In this document: one piece after another, positions 1-10,395 of the stretch
Layout: every line of letters begins with the position of its first letter
Position numbering within the stretch: the stretch's first letter is position 1
Origin: a candidate division WOR-3 bacterium
GTDB taxonomy: Bacteria; Hydrothermota; Tepidihabitantia; Tepidihabitantales; JAOUPE01
DNA: 25,236 bases
Assembly: GCA_039801565.1 (NCBI GenBank)
Contig: JBDRUX010000021.1
Span: forward strand, 1-25,236
Direction of reading: 5' to 3'
The notes under the pieces: generated by a model
What the model was told of the DNA's origin: nothing
What the model saw: the letters and a program-made list of their open reading frames with translations, nothing else
The model's database searches: none
Made by a program: the position numbers and the translations under genes

Positions 1-280
1 CCGTTCAATTCGAGTGCCAGAATAAACGCAACCTCATCCACCTGATGCAGATTGTCGAATCCAAAATGTCTTCCTAACCTGTGCATATTCGCACGCAGAC
101 AGGTTTTTTTTCTGTCCGCCAGTCGAATTGACCCTTTCGTCAAGAAGACCTGACTTGGTAGGTGGATTATTTATTGTGCCTGCAGAATTTTTTTAAATGA
201 AGATGCGAATTCATATCCTACGTCACACAACTTCTTAAGTATACGATTTTTTAATCTAAGTAAGTATTTGGTCAAATAAT

Positions 281-982
281 TCAATCTATAACTGCGTTGT
301 AACAGCACCTACAAAATCCTCTTATAGATTTCTCAAACATCTTAAATGAACATTCTTTATTAGGTATCGGCATGTTCTTTAGAGCTTCTTCGATTGTAAA
401 TACTTTAGCTGCTAATTGTTGACATGATTCACATGAATTTTCACCTGCCGTAAGGATTTCGACTTTTTTAATTACTTTTGATTGTCTGAAATTCATCAAC
501 TCCATTTTTGCAGATTGTTGGAGAATTTGAAAAAAATCTTTTCCTTCCTCATCAAGAAACAATGCCATTCTATAATATAGTGTTTTTAAGACTCCGAAAT
601 CATTACTTTTCGTATACTTCATAACGAGTTCATTATACTTAGACCAAATGATATCTTTTATTTCTTGATCAGTTGCTTCTTCGATTGTTTTTCCGACTCG
701 CTTACAAAAATCGGCTTCACTTATACCAACTTCGCTTAACTTATTTAATCTGTTTAGCCTATGTTGTATCTTTCCCCATTCTACATCAATCTTTTTAGCA
801 TCTTCATTAGTAACTAAAACCTTTTCTTTTGTCTTAGGGAGTGTGCGCACAAAAATATAATTTTGACAAAAAGGACATTTCTTCTTTCGAGTAGGCATTT
901 GCGGTAAGAATTTTTTACAATAAGGGCGAGTTAGTTCTGATTCTTTTTTAGTGTTATTATTTCGATCTTTAAAGAATTTAAT
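281..982 (-). CDS. Hypothetical AT-rich Cys-motif protein (N-terminal zinc-ribbon-like segment; C-terminal CxxC...C...CRC); start uncertain
   Basis: Frame is open 1072->281. Motifs RPYC..RKKKCPFC and CESC..C..CRCC. The first ~30 codons of the track ORF look non-coding and contain a promoter (TTGACA 1018-1013, TATGAT 995-990), so the start is placed tentatively at 982. Confidence 0.6.
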   Translation of the reverse strand: MKFFKDRNNNTKKESELTRPYCKKFLPQMPTRKKKCPFCQNYIFVRTLPKTKEKVLVTNEDAKKIDVEWGKIQHRLNRLNKLSEVGISEADFCKRVGKTIEEATDQEIKDIIWSKYNELVMKYTKSNDFGVLKTLYYRMALFLDEEGKDFFQILQQSAKMELMNFRQSKVIKKVEILTAGENSCESCQQLAAKVFTIEEALKNMPIPNKECSFKMFEKSIRGFCRCCYNAVID

Positions 983-1301
983 AAAAAGTATCATATAGTA
1001 GAAATGACTTTTTGTCAACCAATTTATATGATAAAAGGTTTGGTCTTGAATTATGAAAAAATTTCGAACCAAGAGAATCTTAATTCTAATTTCTTAATTG
1101 TCAATAGTTTTAATTACGAATGGAATGAATGATTTCGAATAGCTCGAATTATTTTAGCCACGAGGTTACACAGAACCGCCGACGATTGACTTTAAATTAA
1201 GCCGAGCTTGATAATAGCCTCAGTTTTGTCACTCGAGGGTCAATAATTACTTCGCCATTTTCAAAATCTAATTTCAGCCGCCAAACTTAATTACCGCATT
1301 T

Positions 1302-2762
1302 TTAACCTTTTACAACACCGAGTGGTCGCATCTTGGCAACTTTTTTGCTTATCCCGGCTCGATGGCAGACATCTACCACGACATCAACATCTTTATAGGC
1401 ATCCGGCACTTCTTCTCTTAAAACCTCTCGACTGGCTGCCATTACTAAAATTCCTTTTGCCTTCAGTTCGGCTTTAATATTCCGATTTCTTGTTTCATCC
1501 AATGCCTTGGTCCGAGACCAAACTCTTCCCGCACCATGACAGGTTGAACCAAAGGTCTCCTCAAATGCCCTTTGGGTGCCAAGTAATAAATAAGAATTTG
1601 TTCCCATATCACCAGGAATGATAACCGGCTGACCAATCTTTTGGTATTTTTTCGGTAAAGCAGGATGTCCGGGTGGAAAGGCACGGGTTGCGCCTTTACG
1701 ATGGACACAGACCAGCATCTTTTTACCATTTACCGTATGCTCTTCAAACTTGGCGATATTATGGGCGACATCGTAGATTAGTTTCATTCCGAGTTCTTCA
1801 GGTGACTTTTTGAATACGTTAGCAAAAGCTTCTCGAACCCAATGGGTGATGCACTGGCGATTTGCCCAGGCATAATTGGCAGCACAGACCATTGCCGAAA
1901 AATACGCCTTGCCTTCCGGTGATTCAATTGGTGCACAAGCGAGTTGCCGATCTGGTAAAGCGATATTATATTTTTGCACCGCCTTGCCTAAGTCACGAAC
2001 ATTGTCATCACAAATCTGATAACCCAAACCACGCGAACCAGTATGAACCATTACCGTGATTTGGTGGGGTTCGAGTTCAAAGATTTTTGCCGCTTCGGCA
2101 TCGTAAATCTCTTCGACCTCTTGAATCTCTAAGAAATGATTACCAGCGCCTAAAGTTCCCAGTTGTGGCGCTCCGCGTTCTAAAGCCCTTCGGGAAATCT
2201 TACTTGGGTCAGCACCGTCCATCTGACCATGCTCTTCGGTATATTCTAAATCTTCTTCGGTGCCATAGCCTTTTTCATAAGCCCATCTTGCGCCTTTGGT
2301 CAAGACTATCTTCACTTCCGATTCGGTAATCCGGATTTTGCCTTCGGAGCCTACTCCAGAAGGTACTTCGTGAAAGATTGATTTGACCAGTTTTTCTAAG
2401 ATTTCATCGGTAATATCTTTGCGGAAGAGATTAGTTCGCAGTAATCTAACGCCACAGTTTATGTCATAACCAACACCACCAGGTGAAATGACACCAGTCT
2501 TTACATCAAACCCGGCAACACCACCAATCGCAAAACCATAGCCCCAATGGATATCCGGCATTGCCAAAGAATATTTTAATATCCCCGGCATAGTGGCGAC
2601 ATTTGCCACCTGCTCGGGTGCCATATCCTCTTTTATTTTTTCTAAGAGTCGGTCGTCGGCATAGATGATGCCGTCAACCTTCATTTCACTCTTATAACTT
2701 TTTGGAATTTTTAGACGACAATCGTCAATCTTTTCTAATGGACCTTGCCAATATTTACTCAT
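1302..2762 (-). CDS. rtcB: RNA-splicing/repair ligase RtcB
   Basis: Motifs MPDIHWGYGFAIGGV, VGYDINCGVRL, GTLGAGNHFLE, HTGSRG, HRKGAT, STCHGAGR. Confidence 0.97.
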   Translation of the reverse strand: MSKYWQGPLEKIDDCRLKIPKSYKSEMKVDGIIYADDRLLEKIKEDMAPEQVANVATMPGILKYSLAMPDIHWGYGFAIGGVAGFDVKTGVISPGGVGYDINCGVRLLRTNLFRKDITDEILEKLVKSIFHEVPSGVGSEGKIRITESEVKIVLTKGARWAYEKGYGTEEDLEYTEEHGQMDGADPSKISRRALERGAPQLGTLGAGNHFLEIQEVEEIYDAEAAKIFELEPHQITVMVHTGSRGLGYQICDDNVRDLGKAVQKYNIALPDRQLACAPIESPEGKAYFSAMVCAANYAWANRQCITHWVREAFANVFKKSPEELGMKLIYDVAHNIAKFEEHTVNGKKMLVCVHRKGATRAFPPGHPALPKKYQKIGQPVIIPGDMGTNSYLLLGTQRAFEETFGSTCHGAGRVWSRTKALDETRNRNIKAELKAKGILVMAASREVLREEVPDAYKDVDVVVDVCHRAGISKKVAKMRPLGVVKG

Positions 2763-2768
2763 AATTAA

Positions 2769-2796
2769 ATTATAGAACTATCTTGCATCCAGTCAA
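2769..2796 (-). promoter_or_regulatory. sigma70-type promoter of rtcB (leaderless architecture)
   Basis: TTGACT (2796-2791) - 16 bp - TATAAT (2774-2769) - 6 bp - ATG (2762); no SD. Confidence 0.75.
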
Positions 2797-2986
2797 CAGT
2801 TAATTGTAAAGAAGAACTAAGAACAGTTACTTGAGATGAATCTCTTGAATTTAGAATGTAGAATATGGAATTAAGAAAAACAACACCGGGTTCCCAATGG
2901 CTAAATTTTTATTCAAGATTCAAAATTCCAGATTCTATTCTTGGAATTGGGTTTATCTAATTTGAATTTATTATTTTTGGGGCGTC

Positions 2987-4913
<1,927 letters not shown>

Positions 4914-4942
4914 GACCAAATTTTAACGATTCAAATAATTAA

Positions 4943-5081
4943 GTCGACGAAGTCGACCCTGAACTTGTTTTAGGGTTTTCCTTTAATGATTCTCGCGAAG
5001 AGGAAAATCGGCTTCGCCGATGCGACGCAGTCGCATTCTTAAGGATTTTTCTTTTTTATTTATTAATCGGCTTCGCCGATT
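4943..5081. repeat. Cluster of short perfect palindromes (C-GNA-G triloop hairpins) plus one REP-like hairpin
   Basis: gtcgac-gaa-gtcgac 4943-4957; accctgaa-cttgt-tttagggt 4956-4976; atcggc-ttc-gccgat 5007-5021 and again within 5065-5081; atgcgac-gca-gtcgcat 5020-5036. Confidence 0.75.
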
Positions 5082-5180
5082 CTTTGTTTTATAAGATCTT
5101 ATAATACCAAAGAGTAGAGTATTGAATTTTATTGGCAAGGTCGTGTCAGAGTTTAAGATGAAGTGAAATAAGGAAGTTAT

Positions 5181-5897
5181 TTATTTGTTCCGCGATATTG
5201 ATTCTACGATTTCCGGTTCTTTCAGTATTAATTTTATTGTCGCGAACTCCCTTTCCTGTTGGACAATAATTTCGCCCAATCTTATCAATTCTAAGGTCGC
5301 AAAGAACAGAGCAATCACTTCACCAATCTCTTCACAATTCTTAACAATTTCCTTAAAATCGAGTACTTTCATTTTATGGATTAGTGCCCTTAAATATTCA
5401 AGTTTTTCTTCGACCCTTATTTTGCGGGGTGAAATCTTTAAACTTTCTTTTGGGGCTAATTTTGCTAAGACTTCATTAAAGGTCTGAGTTAAGGCAAATA
5501 AACTACCACTACCGGTTAATTCATAAATTTCTTCACCAGCCCGTGGAAAAAGGTTATACCGTTCGGCTTCTAAGTTGGAAAGTAGTTGGGCAACCTTCTG
5601 ATACTTTTTGAACTCTTCGATAATATGTTCCAAACTGATTGTCGGTTCTTCTTGGGGTTCGGCTTCAGCGCTGGGCAATAAGGAACGCATCTTTAATCGG
5701 ATTAAAATTGCTGCCATCAAAATAAAGTCAGCTGCGGAATCAATGTTTATTTTCGGCATTTGTCGAAGATAGGCTAAATAGTCATCGGTCAATCGAGCAA
5801 TTGGCAAGTCAAAGATATCAAGTTCATTCTTCCGGACCAAATATAATAATAATTCAACCGGACCTTCGAAGATTTCTAATTGAACTTTATAATCCAT
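5181..5897 (-). CDS. scpA: Segregation and condensation protein A (SMC kleisin)
   Basis: N-terminal FEGPVELLLYLVRKNELDIFDLPIARLTDDY, AADFILMAAILIRLKMRSLLP; C-terminal FFATLELIRLG. Confidence 0.92.
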   Translation of the reverse strand: MDYKVQLEIFEGPVELLLYLVRKNELDIFDLPIARLTDDYLAYLRQMPKINIDSAADFILMAAILIRLKMRSLLPSAEAEPQEEPTISLEHIIEEFKKYQKVAQLLSNLEAERYNLFPRAGEEIYELTGSGSLFALTQTFNEVLAKLAPKESLKISPRKIRVEEKLEYLRALIHKMKVLDFKEIVKNCEEIGEVIALFFATLELIRLGEIIVQQEREFATIKLILKEPEIVESISRNK

Positions 5898-5901
5898 TTT
5901 T

Positions 5902-6942
5902 TTATTCGACTTCGATGATTTGGTAACTGCGACTACCTAAACCGATTTTTTCCGCATGTTCAAGGGTAATTTCAGGATTGATGTGAGAATAAATTTCCTT
6001 TAGGTGATCTTTGACCTTATCATAGGCCGCCTGGTCAATGGCAACTGGGTCATAAGAAGCCAAAAAACCGATGTCGGGTAGAAAAGGTTTTTCAGTATGA
6101 GGATAACAGTCACAATTTGGCGTTAAATTGATCAGAAAATTAAAATGAAAAGCTTTTCTTTTATCTAAGATTGCCTTGGCATATTCAGCAATTTTAAACT
6201 GGGTCATAGCTGAAGCTTCGTTCCATTTGACTTGAATTGCCCCATGCGGGCAGACCGCAATACAACTGGCGCAACCGTAACAACTTGGTCCAATCTTAGC
6301 CACATAGCGAACAAAACTAATTGCATCAACCGGACAGACCGAAAGACAATCTCCGCAACTTCGGCATTTTTCTGAATTGACATAAGGTTTTGAAACCGAA
6401 TGCATATCTAACTTACCAGCCTTGGCAGCCAAGCCCATTCCAATATTCTTAATTGCCCCGCCAAAACCAGTAACAAAGTGTCCTTTAAAATGAGCAAGAT
6501 TTAAAAGCAAGTCAATTTTTCTTAAACCCCGGCCAATTTTAGCATTCTTCACATTCGGCAGATTAGTAGGCACAGTATAATAATTTTCACCGATTTTACC
6601 ATCAATTATTTCAATTGGTGCCAAAACTTCCTGTAACCGAAAACCGTGAGTTAATGCGAGTTCGACATGGGATTTGGCACAAGCCCTTTTTCCACGATAA
6701 AGGGTAGTAGTTTCTAAAAGGACTGGTTGGACACCCCGTTGACTAACAACTTCAATTACTGTGCGCACAATTTTGGGACTGAGATAATTATTATTACCGT
6801 CCTCACCGAAATGAACCTTCACCCCTAATTTATGACGATAAGGCAATGCGTCAAGAAAACCACTCAATTGCAAAACTTTTTCAATTCCGCTATTGATTCG
6901 GTCGGCTGGTACAAAATAGATTGAACTCTTCACATTTGCCAT
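5902..6942 (-). CDS. DUF362-domain protein with 2x[4Fe-4S] ferredoxin insert
   Basis: VKVHFGE, LAHFKGH, GGAIKNIGMG, two CxxCxxCxxxCP motifs, PNCDC, DPVAIDQA; start moved to ATG 6942. Confidence 0.88.
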   Translation of the reverse strand: MANVKSSIYFVPADRINSGIEKVLQLSGFLDALPYRHKLGVKVHFGEDGNNNYLSPKIVRTVIEVVSQRGVQPVLLETTTLYRGKRACAKSHVELALTHGFRLQEVLAPIEIIDGKIGENYYTVPTNLPNVKNAKIGRGLRKIDLLLNLAHFKGHFVTGFGGAIKNIGMGLAAKAGKLDMHSVSKPYVNSEKCRSCGDCLSVCPVDAISFVRYVAKIGPSCYGCASCIAVCPHGAIQVKWNEASAMTQFKIAEYAKAILDKRKAFHFNFLINLTPNCDCYPHTEKPFLPDIGFLASYDPVAIDQAAYDKVKDHLKEIYSHINPEITLEHAEKIGLGSRSYQIIEVE

Positions 6943-8033
6943 ATACCCAAAATCTTTTCGCCACAGAAACGACACTTACCTTGCTTGATATTATTTTCGA
7001 TTATCGAGTAACCTAAGCGTTTAATCAATAGTTTCTTACATTTTGGGCAATAAGTATTGTTGGCTTGGTGTCCAGGTACATTTCCGATATAAACATATTT
7101 TAAACCAACGGCGTGGGCAATCTTAATAGCATTCTCTAAGGTAGTTATCGGTGTTGGCGGCAGATTGGTCAGTTTATAAGCCGGTCCAAATCGGGTAAAA
7201 TGTAATGGCACATCGTCGCCTAAATTTTCTTTTAGCCAAAGACACATTTGGCGAATTTTTGAGGTATCGTCGTTTAGACTTGGCACAACCAGATTCACAA
7301 TTTCTAAATGGGTTTTGGCCTCTTTTACCGTTTTACAGGCATCGAGAACCGGTTGCAGTTGTGAACCACAGACCTCTTCATAAAATTTTTCGTCAAAACC
7401 TTTCAGGTCAATCTTGATGGCATCAACAACCTTACAGAGTTCCTTTAACGGTTCGGGGTTGATAAAACCACCGGTGACAACCGCCGTCTTGATTCCTTCA
7501 GCCCGCGCCAGTTTGGCAATATCATACATATATTCATAAAAGACAACTGGTTCGGTATAAGTGAAGCAAATAATGTTTACTTTATGTTTTTTGGCGATTG
7601 CAATAATATCCTCGGGTGTGGCATCGTAATGATTTCTTTCCTCTAATGCGGCTTGGGAGATTTCCCAATTCTGACAATATTTACACCGTTGGTTACAACT
7701 CACTGTGGCTAAAGTGATTCGTTCGCTACCCGGCAGAAAATGATAAAAAGGTGCCTTCTCAATCGGCTCTTTGCCAATACTACAAGGTTTACCGTAAACA
7801 ATGGTGTATAATTTTCCATTGCGATTTTCCCGGTTCCGGCAAAAACCTCGTTTTCCTTTGGGAATGATGCAATATCTTGGGCAAAGCTGGCAGACGACTT
7901 TATCGTTATCAAGTTTTTTATAAAACATCGCTTCTCTTAAAACTTCGTTTCGCTTGCTTGCCGGAATCGTTAAGAACGATGTCAATATCAGCAAGAGAAT
8001 TGTTTTAAAGGCGCGTTTTAAAAGGTTAAGCAT
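6930..8033 (-). CDS. AmmeMemoRadiSam-system-type radical SAM enzyme (PflA-like) with hydrophobic N-terminal extension
   Basis: CQLCPRYC..GFC..R.N, EPIEKAPFYHFLPG, CNQRCKYCQNWEISQ (CxxxCxxC), FTYTEP, YVYIGNVPG, TYCPKC..CRFC; ATG 8033 overlaps the upstream stop (TAATG). Confidence 0.9.
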   Translation of the reverse strand: MLNLLKRAFKTILLLILTSFLTIPASKRNEVLREAMFYKKLDNDKVVCQLCPRYCIIPKGKRGFCRNRENRNGKLYTIVYGKPCSIGKEPIEKAPFYHFLPGSERITLATVSCNQRCKYCQNWEISQAALEERNHYDATPEDIIAIAKKHKVNIICFTYTEPVVFYEYMYDIAKLARAEGIKTAVVTGGFINPEPLKELCKVVDAIKIDLKGFDEKFYEEVCGSQLQPVLDACKTVKEAKTHLEIVNLVVPSLNDDTSKIRQMCLWLKENLGDDVPLHFTRFGPAYKLTNLPPTPITTLENAIKIAHAVGLKYVYIGNVPGHQANNTYCPKCKKLLIKRLGYSIIENNIKQGKCRFCGEKILGIWQM

Positions 8034-8464
8034 TATCGAGCAATTAAGATTCCGGTCAGAATTCCTAATCCAAAGATTCCACCAACACAACCGCCAAATG
8101 TCAATTTTGCCCAAACTGGTGCTTGATTAATTTTTGAAGTATAAAAATAAATTTTAGTAATTCGGTTGGGTTTGATTTCGACTCTTTGTGTCCCGGCATC
8201 AATCCGAGTCAACTCCCAAAAAGCCGACAGTTTACGAAACAGATTAGCTTTGCGTAGATTCCAGTAGGCATTTTCAATGGTTTCTGAATCGTATAAGCTG
8301 ATTGAATATTCACCCGGCTCAATTGGATAATTTGTAATTGGCGTAGTGCCAATTGAATCACCGTCCAGATATACCTTTTGGCCGGGTTGGTCGGCGTCAA
8401 CCATTAAATAACCATTATTACTCTGACCAAAAACCAAAACAGTAAACAATAAAATTTGCAACAT
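8033..8464 (-). CDS. PEGA-domain exported/membrane-anchored protein
   Basis: Signal-like N-terminus, PEGA-like GYLMVDADQPGQKVYLDGDSIGTTP..PGEYSISL, C-terminal hydrophobic helix. Confidence 0.75.
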   Translation of the reverse strand: MLQILLFTVLVFGQSNNGYLMVDADQPGQKVYLDGDSIGTTPITNYPIEPGEYSISLYDSETIENAYWNLRKANLFRKLSAFWELTRIDAGTQRVEIKPNRITKIYFYTSKINQAPVWAKLTFGGCVGGIFGLGILTGILIAR

Positions 8465-8602
8465 AAGAAAAGAATATTGAAATGATACAAAAAGTCAATC
8501 CTACATTGATGCATCAAGCCAATACAACTTACCAAGCCCTTTGCTAAAGGTGATAGATTTATTCGCTGATAAAATCGTTCAAATCATCTTCAGGAAAAAA
8601 AT

Positions 8603-9295
8603 TCAAAATCCCCGGGCGCGCAAAAGACGACGCACTTGTCTTAAGCCTTCGTTACCCGAACCACGCAAGGCTTGAGCAGCGGTATTAGCCACATCGGAAT
8701 TTTCATCGTTCATCATATTAGCGATTGCTTCAATCGCCTGTGCGGTGTTAATCTTCGCTAAAGCCAAGATAACCGCTTTTCGGACATTTGGGTCAGAATC
8801 TTTTAACCCAGCAATTAAACCCTCAGTTGCCCGACGACCACCAATAGCACCCAAACCTTTTGCTGCAATCACTTTCTGCCTTGAGGTGCCAGTTTGGAGT
8901 AATGATAATAACGGTTCGACAGAGGAAGAACCGATGTTAATTAGAGCATTCAGTGCCGCATTGGCAATACCATCTTCATCACCAAGTCTGTCAACCAATG
9001 GTTTTATCGCCTTATGGTCACCGATTTTACCCAAGGCAATAATAGCGGTTTTACGAACATCGTAATCAACATCTTTTAAGGCATCAATTAAAGGATCAAC
9101 TGCTTTCGGATCTCTCAATTCTCCTAAGGCTTTTGCTGCTTTCTTGCGCGCTACCGAATCTTCTGATTTAAGATTTTTGATATTTCGTTCAAGGGTTGAT
9201 TCTGGTTTCGAGCAGACAAGAAGAATACCAAAAGTTAGCAAATAAACAAATCTTAGATTTAGCCAGTTAAAATTTCTAACTCCTTTTTTGCCCAT
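8603..9295 (-). CDS. HEAT-repeat (PBS-lyase-like) protein with N-terminal signal/anchor
   Basis: Repeated VRKxAxxALGxIG..AxxPLxxxL.D units; AGGAG SD upstream. Confidence 0.85.
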   Translation of the reverse strand: MGKKGVRNFNWLNLRFVYLLTFGILLVCSKPESTLERNIKNLKSEDSVARKKAAKALGELRDPKAVDPLIDALKDVDYDVRKTAIIALGKIGDHKAIKPLVDRLGDEDGIANAALNALINIGSSSVEPLLSLLQTGTSRQKVIAAKGLGAIGGRRATEGLIAGLKDSDPNVRKAVILALAKINTAQAIEAIANMMNDENSDVANTAAQALRGSGNEGLRQVRRLLRARGF

Positions 9296-9347
9296 TGCAC
9301 GTCTCCTTAATCAAAGATATAAACAAAAATGAAGCCAGTCAAGACAG

Positions 9348-9671
9348 TTTTTGTGCCAGAAAAGTTGAAATATATTTCAACCTAAAATTGACCGATTTTT
9401 TCGTCTATCGTGTTGCTCTTCCGTCGGTTACGCTAATTTTGCATTAGGGAGGGGGTATCGTATAGGGGGTGACCCCGTAGGCTACCCCTTAAGCTGCTCC
9501 GTAGGTTGCTTGGGAAGTTGCTTCAGGAGTTACTTCGGGGGTTAGTTAGGGAGCAGGTTCGGGAGTGGGTTAGGAGGCAACCTCGGAAACGACCTGGTAG
9601 GCAACTTAGGAAGTAACCTGGGAGGCAAACTCAGAGGCTACCCCGTAGGTTACTTCGGGAGCTGTCCCGTA
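9348..9671. repeat. Composite element copy 1: 62-bp conserved head, 34-bp variable segment, G-rich block, 17 x 12-bp degenerate array
   Basis: Head 9348-9409 matches 23132-23192 (1 indel, 1 substitution); G-block 9444-9467; array 9468-9671 with consensus RGYWRCYYSGKR. Confidence 0.92.
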
Positions 9672-9741
9672 GACTGGCGGGCGGTAATTTATAATCTTGT
9701 CAGATTTTGTGTTTTAGCTTCCGTTTTGAGTCTTGTGGAGT

Positions 9742-10116
9742 TTACTCATTATCTTCATACGATTCGTGAATGCGAATTCGACCAAGTTCGATAACCCATA
9801 ATTTTCCATCCGGTGTCATTTGGTTAAGAGCTTGTAAGAATTGACTAACCAATTGTTCTAACAGCGAAAGACTTGAATGGAGTGGTAGACGAATAACAAC
9901 TATACCTTTTGTTTGATTAGGTGGAAATCGTGTCACATCGGCAAAATCCAAATCTAATGTCACAAGACAGCGCTCTTCCGAACAACAAATATTGTAAAGC
10001 TCTTGGTCTAGACATCCTTGCAACCCTTGGGCACGAACGGTTTGAATATCGTGTCCAGCATCTTGAAAAAGTCGTTGGGTGCGGGTGCCAAAGTTCTCAT
10101 CAAGTTTAAATTTCAT
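9742..10116 (-). CDS. DUF5615 family PIN-like toxin (VapC45-like)
   Basis: MKFKLDENF, GHDIQTV, D.EL, RCLVTLDLDF; ATGA overlap with the DUF433 gene. Confidence 0.88.
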   Translation of the reverse strand: MKFKLDENFGTRTQRLFQDAGHDIQTVRAQGLQGCLDQELYNICCSEERCLVTLDLDFADVTRFPPNQTKGIVVIRLPLHSSLSLLEQLVSQFLQALNQMTPDGKLWVIELGRIRIHESYEDNE

Positions 10117-10361
10117 TCGGTTGGCTTCGATGAAATTTCGACAAAGCGTTCTCGTGACATCTCAGCGCCATAGGCAATACAGGCCCGAATGTCTTCCTCG
10201 GTCAATTGGGGATATTCGGTGAGAATTTCTTGGACACTCATCCCATGTGCTAATAGGTCGAGAATCAGCGAGACCCAGATTCGGGTACCTTGGATGCAAG
10301 GCTTGCCAAAACAAATTTCAGGGTTAACTGAGATACGTTTAAGAAGTAAGTCATTTTTCAT
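10113..10361 (-). CDS. DUF433 family antitoxin
   Basis: RISVNPEICFGKPCIQGTRIWV..G.S..EIL.EYPQLTEEDIRACIAY. Confidence 0.92.
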   Translation of the reverse strand: MKNDLLLKRISVNPEICFGKPCIQGTRIWVSLILDLLAHGMSVQEILTEYPQLTEEDIRACIAYGAEMSRERFVEISSKPTE

Positions 10362-10366
10362 AATTA

Positions 10367-10395
10367 ATTATACCATTCACAAGGGAACAAGTCAA
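10367..10395 (-). promoter_or_regulatory. sigma70-type promoter of the DUF433-DUF5615 operon (leaderless)
   Basis: TTGACT (10395-10390) - 17 bp - TGnTATAAT (hexamer 10372-10367) - 5 bp - ATG (10361). Confidence 0.75.

Noticed and set aside
1..111. Short minus-strand ORF (ATG 86) running off the window, and hairpin aacctgt/acaggtt plus T-run at 76-111
   Set aside because: 28 codons with no SD or recognisable motif. The hairpin may be a terminator or REP-like palindrome but cannot be assigned without upstream sequence.
1186..1215. Plus-strand TTGACT...GATAAT promoter-like motif antisense to rtcB
   Set aside because: 18-bp spacer, imperfect -10 and no downstream gene; plausible by chance in AT-rich DNA
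2840..2970. Degenerate ~7-bp periodic AT-rich motifs (tagaatg/tagaata/tggaatt, caagatt/caaaatt)
   Set aside because: Too short and degenerate to define a repeat unit or function
9410..9443. DGR template/variable repeat interpretation of the two element copies
   Set aside because: Differences are not restricted to adenines on one strand, neither copy lies in a gene 3' end, and there is no reverse transcriptase in the window
9468..9671. CRISPR or TIGR-type array interpretation
   Set aside because: The period is 12 bp with no alternating constant repeat and unique spacer, I see no box C/D motifs, and there are no cas or Nop-domain genes in the window
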